Below are positions 23,178-32,710 of a stretch of 64,000 nt of DNA, piece after piece; the first letter of the stretch is position 1; each line of letters opens with the position of its first letter. The translations under genes were made by a program, and so were the position numbers. The notes under the pieces are model-generated. The model saw nothing but the letters and a program-made list of their open reading frames with translations, made no database searches and had not been told where the DNA came from. The DNA is from an uncultured cyanobacterium (lineage in GTDB: Bacteria > Cyanobacteriota > Cyanobacteriia > Cyanobacteriales > Cyanobacteriaceae): positions 512,001 through 576,000 of the forward strand of contig CAVVOP010000022.1 of the NCBI GenBank assembly GCA_963749915.1, given 5' to 3'.

Positions 23178-24005
23178 ATGTCAGAATGGGAAGGTGTTTT
23201 AAATCTCACTTATCAAAAAATCGGGAGTAAGACTAAAATTATTTCAGCTTATAGTAAAGCTCCGTTAAAAATTCAATCACCTTTTTATCCCGAAGGAGAA
23301 GAAATTTGTCACAGTGTTTCGTTACACACGGCAGGGGGAATAGTAGGCGGCGATCGACTATTACAAAATATCCATCTTTTCCCTGATTCCCAATCCCTAA
23401 TTACCACTGCTGCAGCAGGAAAAATCTATCGCAGCAACGGGAAAAGTGCTCAACAAGAGATTAATATTAAACTTGAAAACAATGCCTGTATAGAATTTTT
23501 ACCCCAAGAAAATATTGTTTTTAATGGGGCAATTTTTCAACAAAATCTACAAGTAGAACTAGAAGAAAATACCACCTTTTTGGGCTGGGAAATTACCCGA
23601 TTTGGACGCACAGCAAGAAAAGAAATTTTTGGTCAAGGCGACTGGAAATCAAAGACAGAAATCTGGCAAGATGGTCAACCTCTGTGGATCGATCGTCAAT
23701 GGTTACCGGGTAATAAACAAGTATTTTATAGTAACAATGGATTGGCCGGTCAACCCGTTGTCGGAACGTTAACTTATATTGGTCTAAAAGTTACACCTGA
23801 ATTGTTAACTGCAATCCGTCAATTATGGCAAAACGGCGACAACCGAGGAGAAGCTGGAGTAACACAACTAATTCAAGGTTTAATCTGTCGTTATCGGGGA
23901 GACTCCACAGCAGAAGTCAAAAACTGGTTTCTCGATGTTTGGGGACTTCTGCGCTCACAATACTTAGAAAGGGGTGCAATTAAATCAAGAATCTGGCAAA
24001 TTTAG
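23178..24005 (+). CDS. ureD: Urease accessory protein UreD
   Basis: PLKIQSPFYPEG, HTAGGIVGGD and position in the ure cluster. Confidence 0.92.
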   Translation: MSEWEGVLNLTYQKIGSKTKIISAYSKAPLKIQSPFYPEGEEICHSVSLHTAGGIVGGDRLLQNIHLFPDSQSLITTAAAGKIYRSNGKSAQQEINIKLENNACIEFLPQENIVFNGAIFQQNLQVELEENTTFLGWEITRFGRTARKEIFGQGDWKSKTEIWQDGQPLWIDRQWLPGNKQVFYSNNGLAGQPVVGTLTYIGLKVTPELLTAIRQLWQNGDNRGEAGVTQLIQGLICRYRGDSTAEVKNWFLDVWGLLRSQYLERGAIKSRIWQI

Positions 24006-24190
24006 ATTAGACTTTTAATCCAAATAAATTTAACTGATAATTAAGTTAATTTTATATTTACGCTTTCTTTATATAAAAATATTTTATAATTTAGTTAAGA
24101 AATTGACATTTTACAAGACTAGGGAATTGAGCCAATAATAGGAATATAGAAATAAGTAAAAAATAAATCCCAGAAAAAGGAGGCTTTGTT

Positions 24191-25918
24191 ATGGTTGCAG
24201 TCACTACGAAAGAACATAAAAAAATGGTCGGTCGTTTAACAATGCAAAAAGTAAATATAGGAGATGAAACTATAGCACTTCGCAGCTTAGACTGGGATAG
24301 AGATCGTTTTGATATTGAGTTTGGTTTAAGGAATGGAACTACCTACAATTCTTTTATTATCAAAGGGGAAAAAACGGCTTTAATTGACACTAGCCATAGA
24401 AAATTTGAGTCTTTATATCTGGAAACGTTAAAGGAATCAACTGATTTATCCTATTTAGATTATCTAATTATTAGCCACACAGAACCTGATCATAGTGGCT
24501 TAGTTAAAGATGTTTTAGCATTAGCACCGAATGTAACAGTAATTGGGGCAAAGGTAGCGATTCAATTTTTAGAAAATATGGTGCACCAAACCTTTAAACA
24601 CAGAATCGTCAAAAGTGGGGATAAACTAGATTTAGGAAATGGCCATGAATTAGAATTTATTTCAGCACCTAATTTACACTGGCCTGACACAATCTTCACT
24701 TATGACATCAAAACGCAAATTTTGTTTACTTGTGATGCTTTTGGGATGCACTATTGCGACGATCATACTTATGACTCCGAACCCTCATTTTTAGAGGCTG
24801 ATTTTCAATATTACTATGACTGTTTAATGGGGCCAAATGCTCGTTCGGTGTTAGGAGCGATTAAACGGATAGATAAGCTAGATGTCGGCCTAATTGCGAC
24901 GGGTCATGGTCCGTTATTGAAATATCATCTTACCGACTGGGTTAGTTCTTATAAACAATGGAGTGAAGCACAGACCAAAACAGAAACTTATGTGGCGGTA
25001 TTTTATAGTTCAGACTACGGTTATAGTGAACAAATTGCCAGAGCCATCGCCCTTGGGATTGAGAAAACGGGAGTTGATGTAGAGTTAGTAGAATATGGGG
25101 ATACTGACACCGGGGAAACCCGAGAAGTTGTCAGTCAAGCGGCGGGTTTAGTTATCGGAATGCCCTCACAAACCGATGTTGCGGGTCATGCGATCCTAAG
25201 TACCATCCTAGCTTCTGCGAACCGGAAACAGGCATTCGGACTTTTTGAAACGGGAGGTTGGCAAGATGAACCAATTTATCCCTTACGCAACAAATTTCAA
25301 GAAATCGCTTTAACGGAGGCATTTCCCCCAATTTTAATCAAAGAAACACCGACCACTTTGACTGAAAAATGTGGCGAAGAAGCGGGGGTTGATTTAGGTC
25401 AATGGTTAAACAGGGATCGGACTGTCAAAGAGATCAAATCCCTTGATCAGAACCTCGATAAAGCTTTAGGCCGTATTAGCGGTGGGTTGTATATTATTAC
25501 AGCGAAAAAAGAGGAAGTCCACAGTGCCATGTTAGCTTCTTGGGTCATGCAGGCGAGTAATTCACCATTAGGGGTGGCCATCGCCGTTGCTAAAGACCGT
25601 GCCATTGAATCATTATTACAAGTGGGCGATCGATTTGTGCTAAATGTACTAGAAGAGGGTAACTATCAAGAGTTAATGAGGCATTTTCTGAAACGTTTTG
25701 CTCCCGGGGGCGATCGTTTTGAGGGAATCAAGACCTATCAAGGGAATAACGGTTCACCGATTTTAGCAGAAGCTTTAGCCTATATGGAATGCGAAGTAAC
25801 AACCCGTTTAGAGTGTAGTGATCATTGGATTGTTTATAGCATAGTAGAAACGGGACGAGTAGCGAACCCTGACGCTTTAACGGCTGTACACCACCGCAAA
25901 GTAGGCAACCATTATTAA
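24191..25918 (+). CDS. flv4: Flavodiiron protein, Flv4-like
   Basis: SHTEPDH di-iron motif plus flavodoxin and flavin reductase domains; first gene of the flv-psiE-flv arrangement. Confidence 0.8.
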   Translation: MVAVTTKEHKKMVGRLTMQKVNIGDETIALRSLDWDRDRFDIEFGLRNGTTYNSFIIKGEKTALIDTSHRKFESLYLETLKESTDLSYLDYLIISHTEPDHSGLVKDVLALAPNVTVIGAKVAIQFLENMVHQTFKHRIVKSGDKLDLGNGHELEFISAPNLHWPDTIFTYDIKTQILFTCDAFGMHYCDDHTYDSEPSFLEADFQYYYDCLMGPNARSVLGAIKRIDKLDVGLIATGHGPLLKYHLTDWVSSYKQWSEAQTKTETYVAVFYSSDYGYSEQIARAIALGIEKTGVDVELVEYGDTDTGETREVVSQAAGLVIGMPSQTDVAGHAILSTILASANRKQAFGLFETGGWQDEPIYPLRNKFQEIALTEAFPPILIKETPTTLTEKCGEEAGVDLGQWLNRDRTVKEIKSLDQNLDKALGRISGGLYIITAKKEEVHSAMLASWVMQASNSPLGVAIAVAKDRAIESLLQVGDRFVLNVLEEGNYQELMRHFLKRFAPGGDRFEGIKTYQGNNGSPILAEALAYMECEVTTRLECSDHWIVYSIVETGRVANPDALTAVHHRKVGNHY

Positions 25919-25942
25919 CAGTTGATAGTTGATAGTTAAATA

Positions 25943-25974
25943 CTCCCCCCTTATTAAGGGGGTTGGGGGGGATC
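25943..25974. repeat. CCCCCTT..AAGGGGG palindromic dispersed repeat
   Basis: CTCCCCCCTTATTAAGGGGGTTGGGGGGGATC; relatives occur in mutS2 and the DUF1156 gene. Confidence 0.75.
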
Positions 25975-26021
25975 AAAAGTAACTTTGTTCAAAATAGCTA
26001 ATTCTATATCAGAAAAAAATC

Positions 26022-26519
26022 ATGTACAAATCATTTCCCAATTCTTCTGTTGAAAGAGAAAGCTGGTTAAATTTAGGTCGTATTGTGCAAACCTTGGAAC
26101 TAATTCAAGATTTAATAGTTATTTGTCTCTGTTTTGGTTTATTTGGCTTCATGGTACTGCAAATAAAAACCATGTTTATGACTTTATTGTTACCGTTGCA
26201 ATTTCATACAGTTACAGCAGATATTCTCTCCTTGCTAATTTTGGTGGAATTATTCCGTTTGCTGATTATTTATTTACAAGAACAACGTATTTCGATAGGC
26301 GTTGCAGTTGAAGTATCAATTGTTTCCGTATTAAGAGAAGTCCTTGTTAACGGTGTGTTAGAAACCAACTCAACTCAAATGCTGGCCACTTGTGGATTTT
26401 TACTGGTTCTTGGTGCATTGATGGTATTAAGAGTTTGGCTACCTCCCACTTTTGAAGGTGTTGATCCAGAGCAGAAAGTGTCTGAAAAACATCAAAAACA
26501 CCGCCTTAACCAAGAATAA
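26022..26519 (+). CDS. PsiE-family membrane protein, Sll0218-like
   Basis: Four TM segments, LILVELFRLL..YL, SIVSVLRE; lies between the two flv genes. Confidence 0.85.
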   Translation: MYKSFPNSSVERESWLNLGRIVQTLELIQDLIVICLCFGLFGFMVLQIKTMFMTLLLPLQFHTVTADILSLLILVELFRLLIIYLQEQRISIGVAVEVSIVSVLREVLVNGVLETNSTQMLATCGFLLVLGALMVLRVWLPPTFEGVDPEQKVSEKHQKHRLNQE

Positions 26520-26530
26520 TAAGCTAGTTT

Positions 26531-26708
26531 GTAGGGTGTGTCACACAGACAAACTATCGGTTTAATCTTTATTTCTTCATGTGACGCACCCATTTTGTGA
26601 GATACAGCCTTTATTTCGTGTAAACCTGTTACAAACCCCATTAATAAGGTGCGTCACCAGCAAAGATGACCTCTTTAAGCAATAATTTGTTACGGTGACG
26701 CACCCTAC
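26531..26708. repeat. REP-like doublet (GTAG-type palindromes, REPIN/BIME-like)
   Basis: GTAGGGTGTGTCAC...GTGACGCACCC and GGTGCGTCACC...GGTGACGCACCCTAC. Confidence 0.75.
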
Positions 26709-26751
26709 AATATTTAAAAATCAAATTAATCACTAATGAGAGGATATAATT

Positions 26752-28476
26752 ATGGAGACTTCAACCTTATCAACTCAAACTACCAATATTCGGGATGTCC
26801 AAGTAGCGGAAATTGCTAGTAATACAACAATTTTCAGATCCCGTACTTGGGATCGTCTCAAATTTGAAGTTGAATATGCCCGACAAAAGGGTACAACTGC
26901 AAATTCTTACTTGATTCAAGCTGACAAGACTGCTTTAATTGACCCCCCTGGCGAGTCATTTACGGAAATTTTCTTGAATAAATTAGAGCAGCATTTTAGT
27001 TTAGAACAGTTAGATTATCTAATTCTCGGTCATGTTAATGCTAACCGAATCACGACTTTAAAACGTATCCTTCAAACTTCCCCTCATGTTGTGGTTATTT
27101 GTTCTAAACCTGCAGCAAAAAGTTTAAAAACAGTATTTCCCCAGTATTCAGCACAAATTCAAACTGCTGGTTCTGATTTAGATTTAGGACAAGGCCATCA
27201 ATTAAAATTTATCTCTGTACCAACTCCTCGTTGGCCCGATGGTTTATGTACTTACGATCCCGCAACTGCTATTCTTTATACCGATAAGTTTTTCGGAGTT
27301 CATGTTTGTAGTAATAATCTTTGGGATGAAGATTGGAAAAAATTGGATAGTGATCGCCGTTATTATTTTGATTGTCTTCACAGCAACCAAGTCAAACAAG
27401 TGGAAACTGCTTTAGACAAATTCGACACCCTAACTGCTAAATATTATGCTCCGAATCATGGTCCTTTGATCCGTTATAGTTTGAGTCGTTTAACCTACGA
27501 TTATCGTCAATGGTGTCAACAACAACAAACCCAAACTTTGAGTGTGGCTTTGCTTTATGCTTCTGCTTACGGTAGCACGACGAAATTAGGGGAGGCCATC
27601 GCCCAAGGATTAGAAGAACAACAACTTAAGGTTAAATTAATTGACTGCGAATTGGCCACGCCTGAGGAAATTGCAGAAGCAGTGCAAACTGCAGACGGTT
27701 TTATCATCGGTTCCCCCACTTTGGGTGGTCATGCGCCCGTACAAATGCAAACTGCTTTGGGACTTGTCCTTAACGCAGCACCGAAGACCAAACTAGCTGG
27801 AGTGTTCGGGTCATTTGGTTGGAGTGGGGAAGCCGTCGATTTAATTGAAGGAAAATTACGAGATGCTAATTATCGTTTTGGTTTTGAGACTATCCGCGTG
27901 CGTTTCACACCTAGCCAAGATGATTTAGAAACCGCCAAAAAAGCGGGGGCAGAATTTGCCCAAACCTTGCAAAAATTGAAAAAAAATCGTCCCCAAGGTA
28001 CTGAAACATCCAGCACTTTAAGTTCCGCACGTACAGAACAAGCAGTCAGCCGCCTTGTGGGTTCTCTGTGCGTAATAACTTTTAAACAAGGGGATATTGA
28101 CAGGGGTGTTCTTAGTAGTTCCATCTCTCAAGCTAGTTTTACTCCTCCCGGAATTATGATTTCAGTTAGTGAGGAGCAAAAAGCCGATTTAATTAGGGAA
28201 ACAGGGACTTCTTTTGTAGTTAATCTTCTTAAAGAGGGACGTAATTTACGCCGTTATTTTGACCCTCGTTCCCCTCAATCTAGCGATCCTTTCGCCGAAT
28301 TAAGCACCAAAATAGCTAATAATAGTTGCCTGATTTTAACTGAAGCTTTAGCCTATTTAGAATGTACCGTCAAACAAAGTGTTAAATTTGGCGATAAATG
28401 GCTTATTTATGCTCTTGTCAATCAAGGTGAACTCCTGGAAAAAGTGGGTCTGACAGCGATCGCCCACCGTAAATAA
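26752..28476 (+). CDS. flv2: Flavodiiron protein, Flv2-like
   Basis: RSRTWDRLKFEVEY, non-canonical GHVNANR site, PTPRWP; third gene of the operon. Confidence 0.8.
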   Translation: METSTLSTQTTNIRDVQVAEIASNTTIFRSRTWDRLKFEVEYARQKGTTANSYLIQADKTALIDPPGESFTEIFLNKLEQHFSLEQLDYLILGHVNANRITTLKRILQTSPHVVVICSKPAAKSLKTVFPQYSAQIQTAGSDLDLGQGHQLKFISVPTPRWPDGLCTYDPATAILYTDKFFGVHVCSNNLWDEDWKKLDSDRRYYFDCLHSNQVKQVETALDKFDTLTAKYYAPNHGPLIRYSLSRLTYDYRQWCQQQQTQTLSVALLYASAYGSTTKLGEAIAQGLEEQQLKVKLIDCELATPEEIAEAVQTADGFIIGSPTLGGHAPVQMQTALGLVLNAAPKTKLAGVFGSFGWSGEAVDLIEGKLRDANYRFGFETIRVRFTPSQDDLETAKKAGAEFAQTLQKLKKNRPQGTETSSTLSSARTEQAVSRLVGSLCVITFKQGDIDRGVLSSSISQASFTPPGIMISVSEEQKADLIRETGTSFVVNLLKEGRNLRRYFDPRSPQSSDPFAELSTKIANNSCLILTEALAYLECTVKQSVKFGDKWLIYALVNQGELLEKVGLTAIAHRK

Positions 28477-28519
28477 AGTCAGTAGTGGTAGAATGCAGAA
28501 TTAAGAATGTAGAATGTAG

Positions 28520-28576
28520 AACTGAGATCTTGCACCAGTACATAAATACTCAATAAAAGGTGCAAGATCTTCAGTT
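28520..28576. repeat. Hairpin-type dispersed repeat
   Basis: AACTGAGATCTTGCACC...GGTGCAAGATCTTCAGTT, preceded by (AGAATGT)n units. Confidence 0.75.
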
Positions 28577-28714
28577 AAATAAAAATCCCTGTAGTCCTTG
28601 AGTTGGACACATCTGAAAAAACGACCTTCATTTTTTGCAACAGGACCTTCTAATTACCTGTTAAGATAATTTACAATACTTAACAAAAAAATAATTCTCG
28701 AAAAGGCAAAGATA

Positions 28715-31700
28715 GTGAAACGCATAGTTTTAATTACGGGATTTGAAACTTTCAATAGTAGTTTATATCGCCAAGCCGCACATATTGCCACATCTCGTTG
28801 TGAAAATTTGGAAGTAATCGTCTTCAGTGATAATAGTTTGACTACCGAAAAAGAGAAAGTTGAATCAGCACTACAATCAGCGGATGTTTTCTTTGCCAGT
28901 CTTCTTTTCGATTATGATCAAGTGGTGTGGTTAAGGGAGAGAGTTAGTCATATTCCCATTCGTCTAGTGTTTGAGTCAGCGTTGGAACTGATGAGTCTTA
29001 CTCAAATCGGCAAATTCGCTATCGGGGATAAACCCAAAGGAATGCCTAAGCCGGTGCAATTTATCCTCAGTAAGTTTACCAATAGTAAAGAAGAAGATAA
29101 GTTGGCAGGTTATATTAGTTTCTTAAAAACTGGACCTAAACTATTAAAATACATTCCCGTCAAAAAAGTCCAAGATTTGCGCAATTGGTTAATTATCTAC
29201 GGTTATTGGAATGCTGGAGGAATGGATAACGTTGCCTCGATGTGTTGGGTGATTGCGGAAAAATATCTTGGTTTAACCGTCTCGGAAATTCCTCCTGTTA
29301 TCGAAACTCCAAATATGGGTTTATTGCATCCTGACTCTAATGGTTATTTTCTTTCTCCCCATGAGTATTTGAGTTGGTATCAGGAAAGGCAAAAGGAAGA
29401 AAATGTTAACTTTCAAGTTCCCATTGTCGGAATATTACTCTATCGTAAGCACGTTATCTCGAAACAACCTTATATTCCTCAACTAATTCGCCATTTTGAA
29501 AATGCAGGTTTAATTCCTTTGCCTATATTTATTAATGGCGTCGAAGGTCATGTTGCTGTAAGGGATTGGATGACAACGGATTATGAGCAGGAAAAACGTC
29601 AACGGGGCATTAACCAGATTCCTTCTCTATCTGAAGAGGCAGTGAAAGTGGATGCTATTGTTTCTACTATTGGGTTTCCTTTAGTGGGTGGTCCTGCTGG
29701 CAGTATGGAGGCCGGTAGGCAGGTGGAAGTGGCAAAACGTATCTTAACGGCGAAAAACATTCCTTATATTGTTGCTGCACCTCTTTTAATCCAAGATATT
29801 CATTCATGGGTAAGAAAAGGTATAGGTGGTTTGCAAAGTGTTGTATTATATGCCCTACCGGAGTTAGATGGTGCTATCGACACTATTCCCTTAGGTGGTT
29901 TAGTGGGTGAAGACATTTATTTAATTCCTGAAAGGGTAAAACGTCTTACAGGCAGGATTAATAATTGGATTGCCTTGAGAAGGAAAGAAAAAGGCGATCG
30001 CAAAATTGCTATTATATTGTATGGTTTTCCTCCTGGATATGGTGCAACCGGCACAGCTGCTTTATTAAATGTGCCGAAATCTCTCCATAAACTTTTAACG
30101 GTATTGAAGGAAGAAGGATATAACGCAGGGGAAATTCCCGAAGACGGTGAAGATATTATTAAACAAGTCAAAACTGCCGATGATTTTATCTCTTATTCTC
30201 ATAATGCCCCTAAATCCTCGAAGTTGGGGACTTTTTCTTCTCCGGAATTGGCGGTTGATGAGCAAAATTCCCAGAATAATCTCCCCCAGAATTGGGGGCA
30301 AGGAGGCGAAAATCCGTTAGAATTAGGGGTGAATAGTCAAAATGCTGTGGATGTCAAAACCCTTGATAGATGGTTAGGCTACCTTTTAACTAATCGTATT
30401 CAAAAACAATGGGGTAACTTAACTCAAACAGGCATTAAAACTCAAGGGGATCGCTTTCAAGTTGGTGGATTGCAATTAGGTAATGTCTGGATTGGAGTAC
30501 AACCACCTCTTGGTATAGCAGGCGATCCCATGAGACTAATGTTTGAAAAGGATTTAACCCCTCATCCCCAATACGCCGCCTTTTATAAATGGTTGCAAAA
30601 CGAATTTAAAGCTGATGCCATAATACACTTCGGAATGCACGGCACCGTGGAATGGTTGCCAGGTAACCCTCTCGGCAATACAGGTTACTCATGGCCAGAT
30701 GTATTATTAGGCGACTTACCCAATCTCTATATTTATGCCGCTAACAATCCCTCCGAATCTATGTTGGCAAAAAGACGGGGTTATGGAGTATTAATTTCTC
30801 ACAATGTGCCTCCCTACGGTAGGGCTGGATTATATAAAGAGTTAATGGCGTTAAAAGAGTTAATTAACGAGTATCGGGAAGATAGTGAAAAAAATGCCCT
30901 TTTAAAAGTAGATATCATCCAAAAAATTGTCGATAGTGGCTTAAATAAAGATTGTAAATTTGCCGAAGGAGAAAAACTAGGCATAGAATTTACTGCCGAC
31001 AATGCAAGACTATTTAGTAAAAAAGCCCTTAAGGATTATTTTGTCCAGGTTTATGACTATCTGCAAATTGTCGAACAAAGATTATTCTCATCAGGTTTAC
31101 ATATCTTAGGAGAAAAACCTACCCCGGAGCAATTACAATCTTACCTTGAAGCCTATTTTAACGATACCGAAACCCAACAGGATTTCGCCCAAGAATTGAG
31201 TCAAGGAGATTTATTTACCAGAGTTGAGAAAAAAACCTTAAAAGAAGGGGAATTAAGCCAACGTTTTCAACAACAACAGCTAATTACCGACTTGTTAATG
31301 CAGACAGAAGACGAATTAACTAACCTTGTGCGAGGCTTAAACGGTGAATATATTCCCCCTGCGCCCGGGGGTGATTTACTCAGAGATGGTGCTGGGGTAC
31401 TACCGACAGGACGGAACATTCACGCATTAGATCCCTATCGGATGCCCTCCCCAGGTGCATATCTGAGGGGGAGAGACATTGGCAAGAAAATTATTCAGCA
31501 GAATTTAGCGGAAAATGGTTGTTATCCTGAAACTGTGGCCGTGATGTTATGGGGTTTAGATGCTATCAAAACTAAGGGCGAGTCCATTGGTATTTTACTC
31601 GAATTGGTAGGTGCAGAGCCTGTCAAAGAAGGCACAGGGCGCATTGTGCGTTATGAATTAATGCCATTAGAAAAGGTTGGGCATCCCCGCATCGATATTC

Positions 31701-32587
31701 TAGGTAATTTATCGGGTATTTTTCGAGATACTTTTATCAACATTATCGAATTGTTGGATGATTTATTTCAACGGGCGGCAACCATTGAAGAATCTACGGA
31801 AAATAACTTTATTCGGAAACATTACCTTGAATTACAACAAAAAGGAGTGGAAAATGCTTCTGCACGTCTATTTTCTAACCCTAGCGGCGATTTTGGTTCA
31901 TTAGTAAATGATCAAGTTGTAGATGGTAACTGGGAATCCGGAGATGAATTAGGGGATACATGGAAGAACCGCAACGTTTTCAGCTATGGAAAGCAAGATA
32001 AAGGTAACCCACGCCCAGAAATTTTAGAGCAATTGTTACAAACTAGCTCAACGGTAGTGCAAGAAATTGACTCAGTGGAATACGGCTTAACGGATATTCA
32101 GGAATATTATGCCAATACCGGAGGCCTAAAACGGGCGGCAGAAAAACAAAGCGGGAAAAAAGTTACGGCTAGTTTTGTGGAGAGTTTTTCACAGGATACC
32201 ACCCCTCGCAAATTAGACCAAGTTTTACGGATGGAATACCGCACTAAGTTACTTAACCCTAAATGGGCAAACGCCATGGCTAATCAGGGTTCTGGTGGCG
32301 CTTACGAAATATCACAACGGATGACAGCTTTAATCGGCTGGGGGGGAGTAGCGGATTTTACTGATAATTGGGCATATGATCAAGCAGTGGATACCTACGC
32401 CTTAGATAAAGACATGGCGGATAAATTGAGAGAAGCGAACCCCGAAGCCTTCCGTAATATTATCGGTAGAATGTTAGAGGCTAATGGACGGGGTTTTTGG
32501 GATGCGGATCAAGAGAAATTGGAGAAACTCAGAAGTTTATATGAGATGACGGAGGATGAATTGGAGGGAGTTACTGAGGTAAACTAA
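28715..32587 (+). CDS. bchH: Magnesium chelatase H subunit (CobN/ChlH family), second-paralogue type
   Basis: GFPLVGGPAGS, HFGMHGTVEWLPG, ANNPSE, LPTGRNIHALDP; GTG start. Confidence 0.85.
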   Translation: MKRIVLITGFETFNSSLYRQAAHIATSRCENLEVIVFSDNSLTTEKEKVESALQSADVFFASLLFDYDQVVWLRERVSHIPIRLVFESALELMSLTQIGKFAIGDKPKGMPKPVQFILSKFTNSKEEDKLAGYISFLKTGPKLLKYIPVKKVQDLRNWLIIYGYWNAGGMDNVASMCWVIAEKYLGLTVSEIPPVIETPNMGLLHPDSNGYFLSPHEYLSWYQERQKEENVNFQVPIVGILLYRKHVISKQPYIPQLIRHFENAGLIPLPIFINGVEGHVAVRDWMTTDYEQEKRQRGINQIPSLSEEAVKVDAIVSTIGFPLVGGPAGSMEAGRQVEVAKRILTAKNIPYIVAAPLLIQDIHSWVRKGIGGLQSVVLYALPELDGAIDTIPLGGLVGEDIYLIPERVKRLTGRINNWIALRRKEKGDRKIAIILYGFPPGYGATGTAALLNVPKSLHKLLTVLKEEGYNAGEIPEDGEDIIKQVKTADDFISYSHNAPKSSKLGTFSSPELAVDEQNSQNNLPQNWGQGGENPLELGVNSQNAVDVKTLDRWLGYLLTNRIQKQWGNLTQTGIKTQGDRFQVGGLQLGNVWIGVQPPLGIAGDPMRLMFEKDLTPHPQYAAFYKWLQNEFKADAIIHFGMHGTVEWLPGNPLGNTGYSWPDVLLGDLPNLYIYAANNPSESMLAKRRGYGVLISHNVPPYGRAGLYKELMALKELINEYREDSEKNALLKVDIIQKIVDSGLNKDCKFAEGEKLGIEFTADNARLFSKKALKDYFVQVYDYLQIVEQRLFSSGLHILGEKPTPEQLQSYLEAYFNDTETQQDFAQELSQGDLFTRVEKKTLKEGELSQRFQQQQLITDLLMQTEDELTNLVRGLNGEYIPPAPGGDLLRDGAGVLPTGRNIHALDPYRMPSPGAYLRGRDIGKKIIQQNLAENGCYPETVAVMLWGLDAIKTKGESIGILLELVGAEPVKEGTGRIVRYELMPLEKVGHPRIDILGNLSGIFRDTFINIIELLDDLFQRAATIEESTENNFIRKHYLELQQKGVENASARLFSNPSGDFGSLVNDQVVDGNWESGDELGDTWKNRNVFSYGKQDKGNPRPEILEQLLQTSSTVVQEIDSVEYGLTDIQEYYANTGGLKRAAEKQSGKKVTASFVESFSQDTTPRKLDQVLRMEYRTKLLNPKWANAMANQGSGGAYEISQRMTALIGWGGVADFTDNWAYDQAVDTYALDKDMADKLREANPEAFRNIIGRMLEANGRGFWDADQEKLEKLRSLYEMTEDELEGVTEVN

Positions 32588-32597
32588 ATCATCCAAA

Positions 32598-32660
32598 TTA
32601 GTAATATATAACTTAAGGTTTTGAACCCAAAATCTTACTATGAAAGAAACTTATAATTAA
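32598..32660 (+). repeat. ~60 bp dispersed repeat, copy 1
   Basis: TTAGTAATATATAACTTAAGGTTTTGAACCCAAAATCTTACTATGAAAGAAACT, near-identical to 63909-63970. Confidence 0.8.
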
Positions 32661-32710
32661 TTGAAACGGTTTTAGTTTATAAACTGAAAATTATTAAAGG
32701 AGAAAAGATC

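Noticed and set aside
24030..24095. LysR-type (NdhR/CmpR) operator upstream of flv4
   Set aside because: Only AT-rich near-palindromes, indistinguishable from background by eye.
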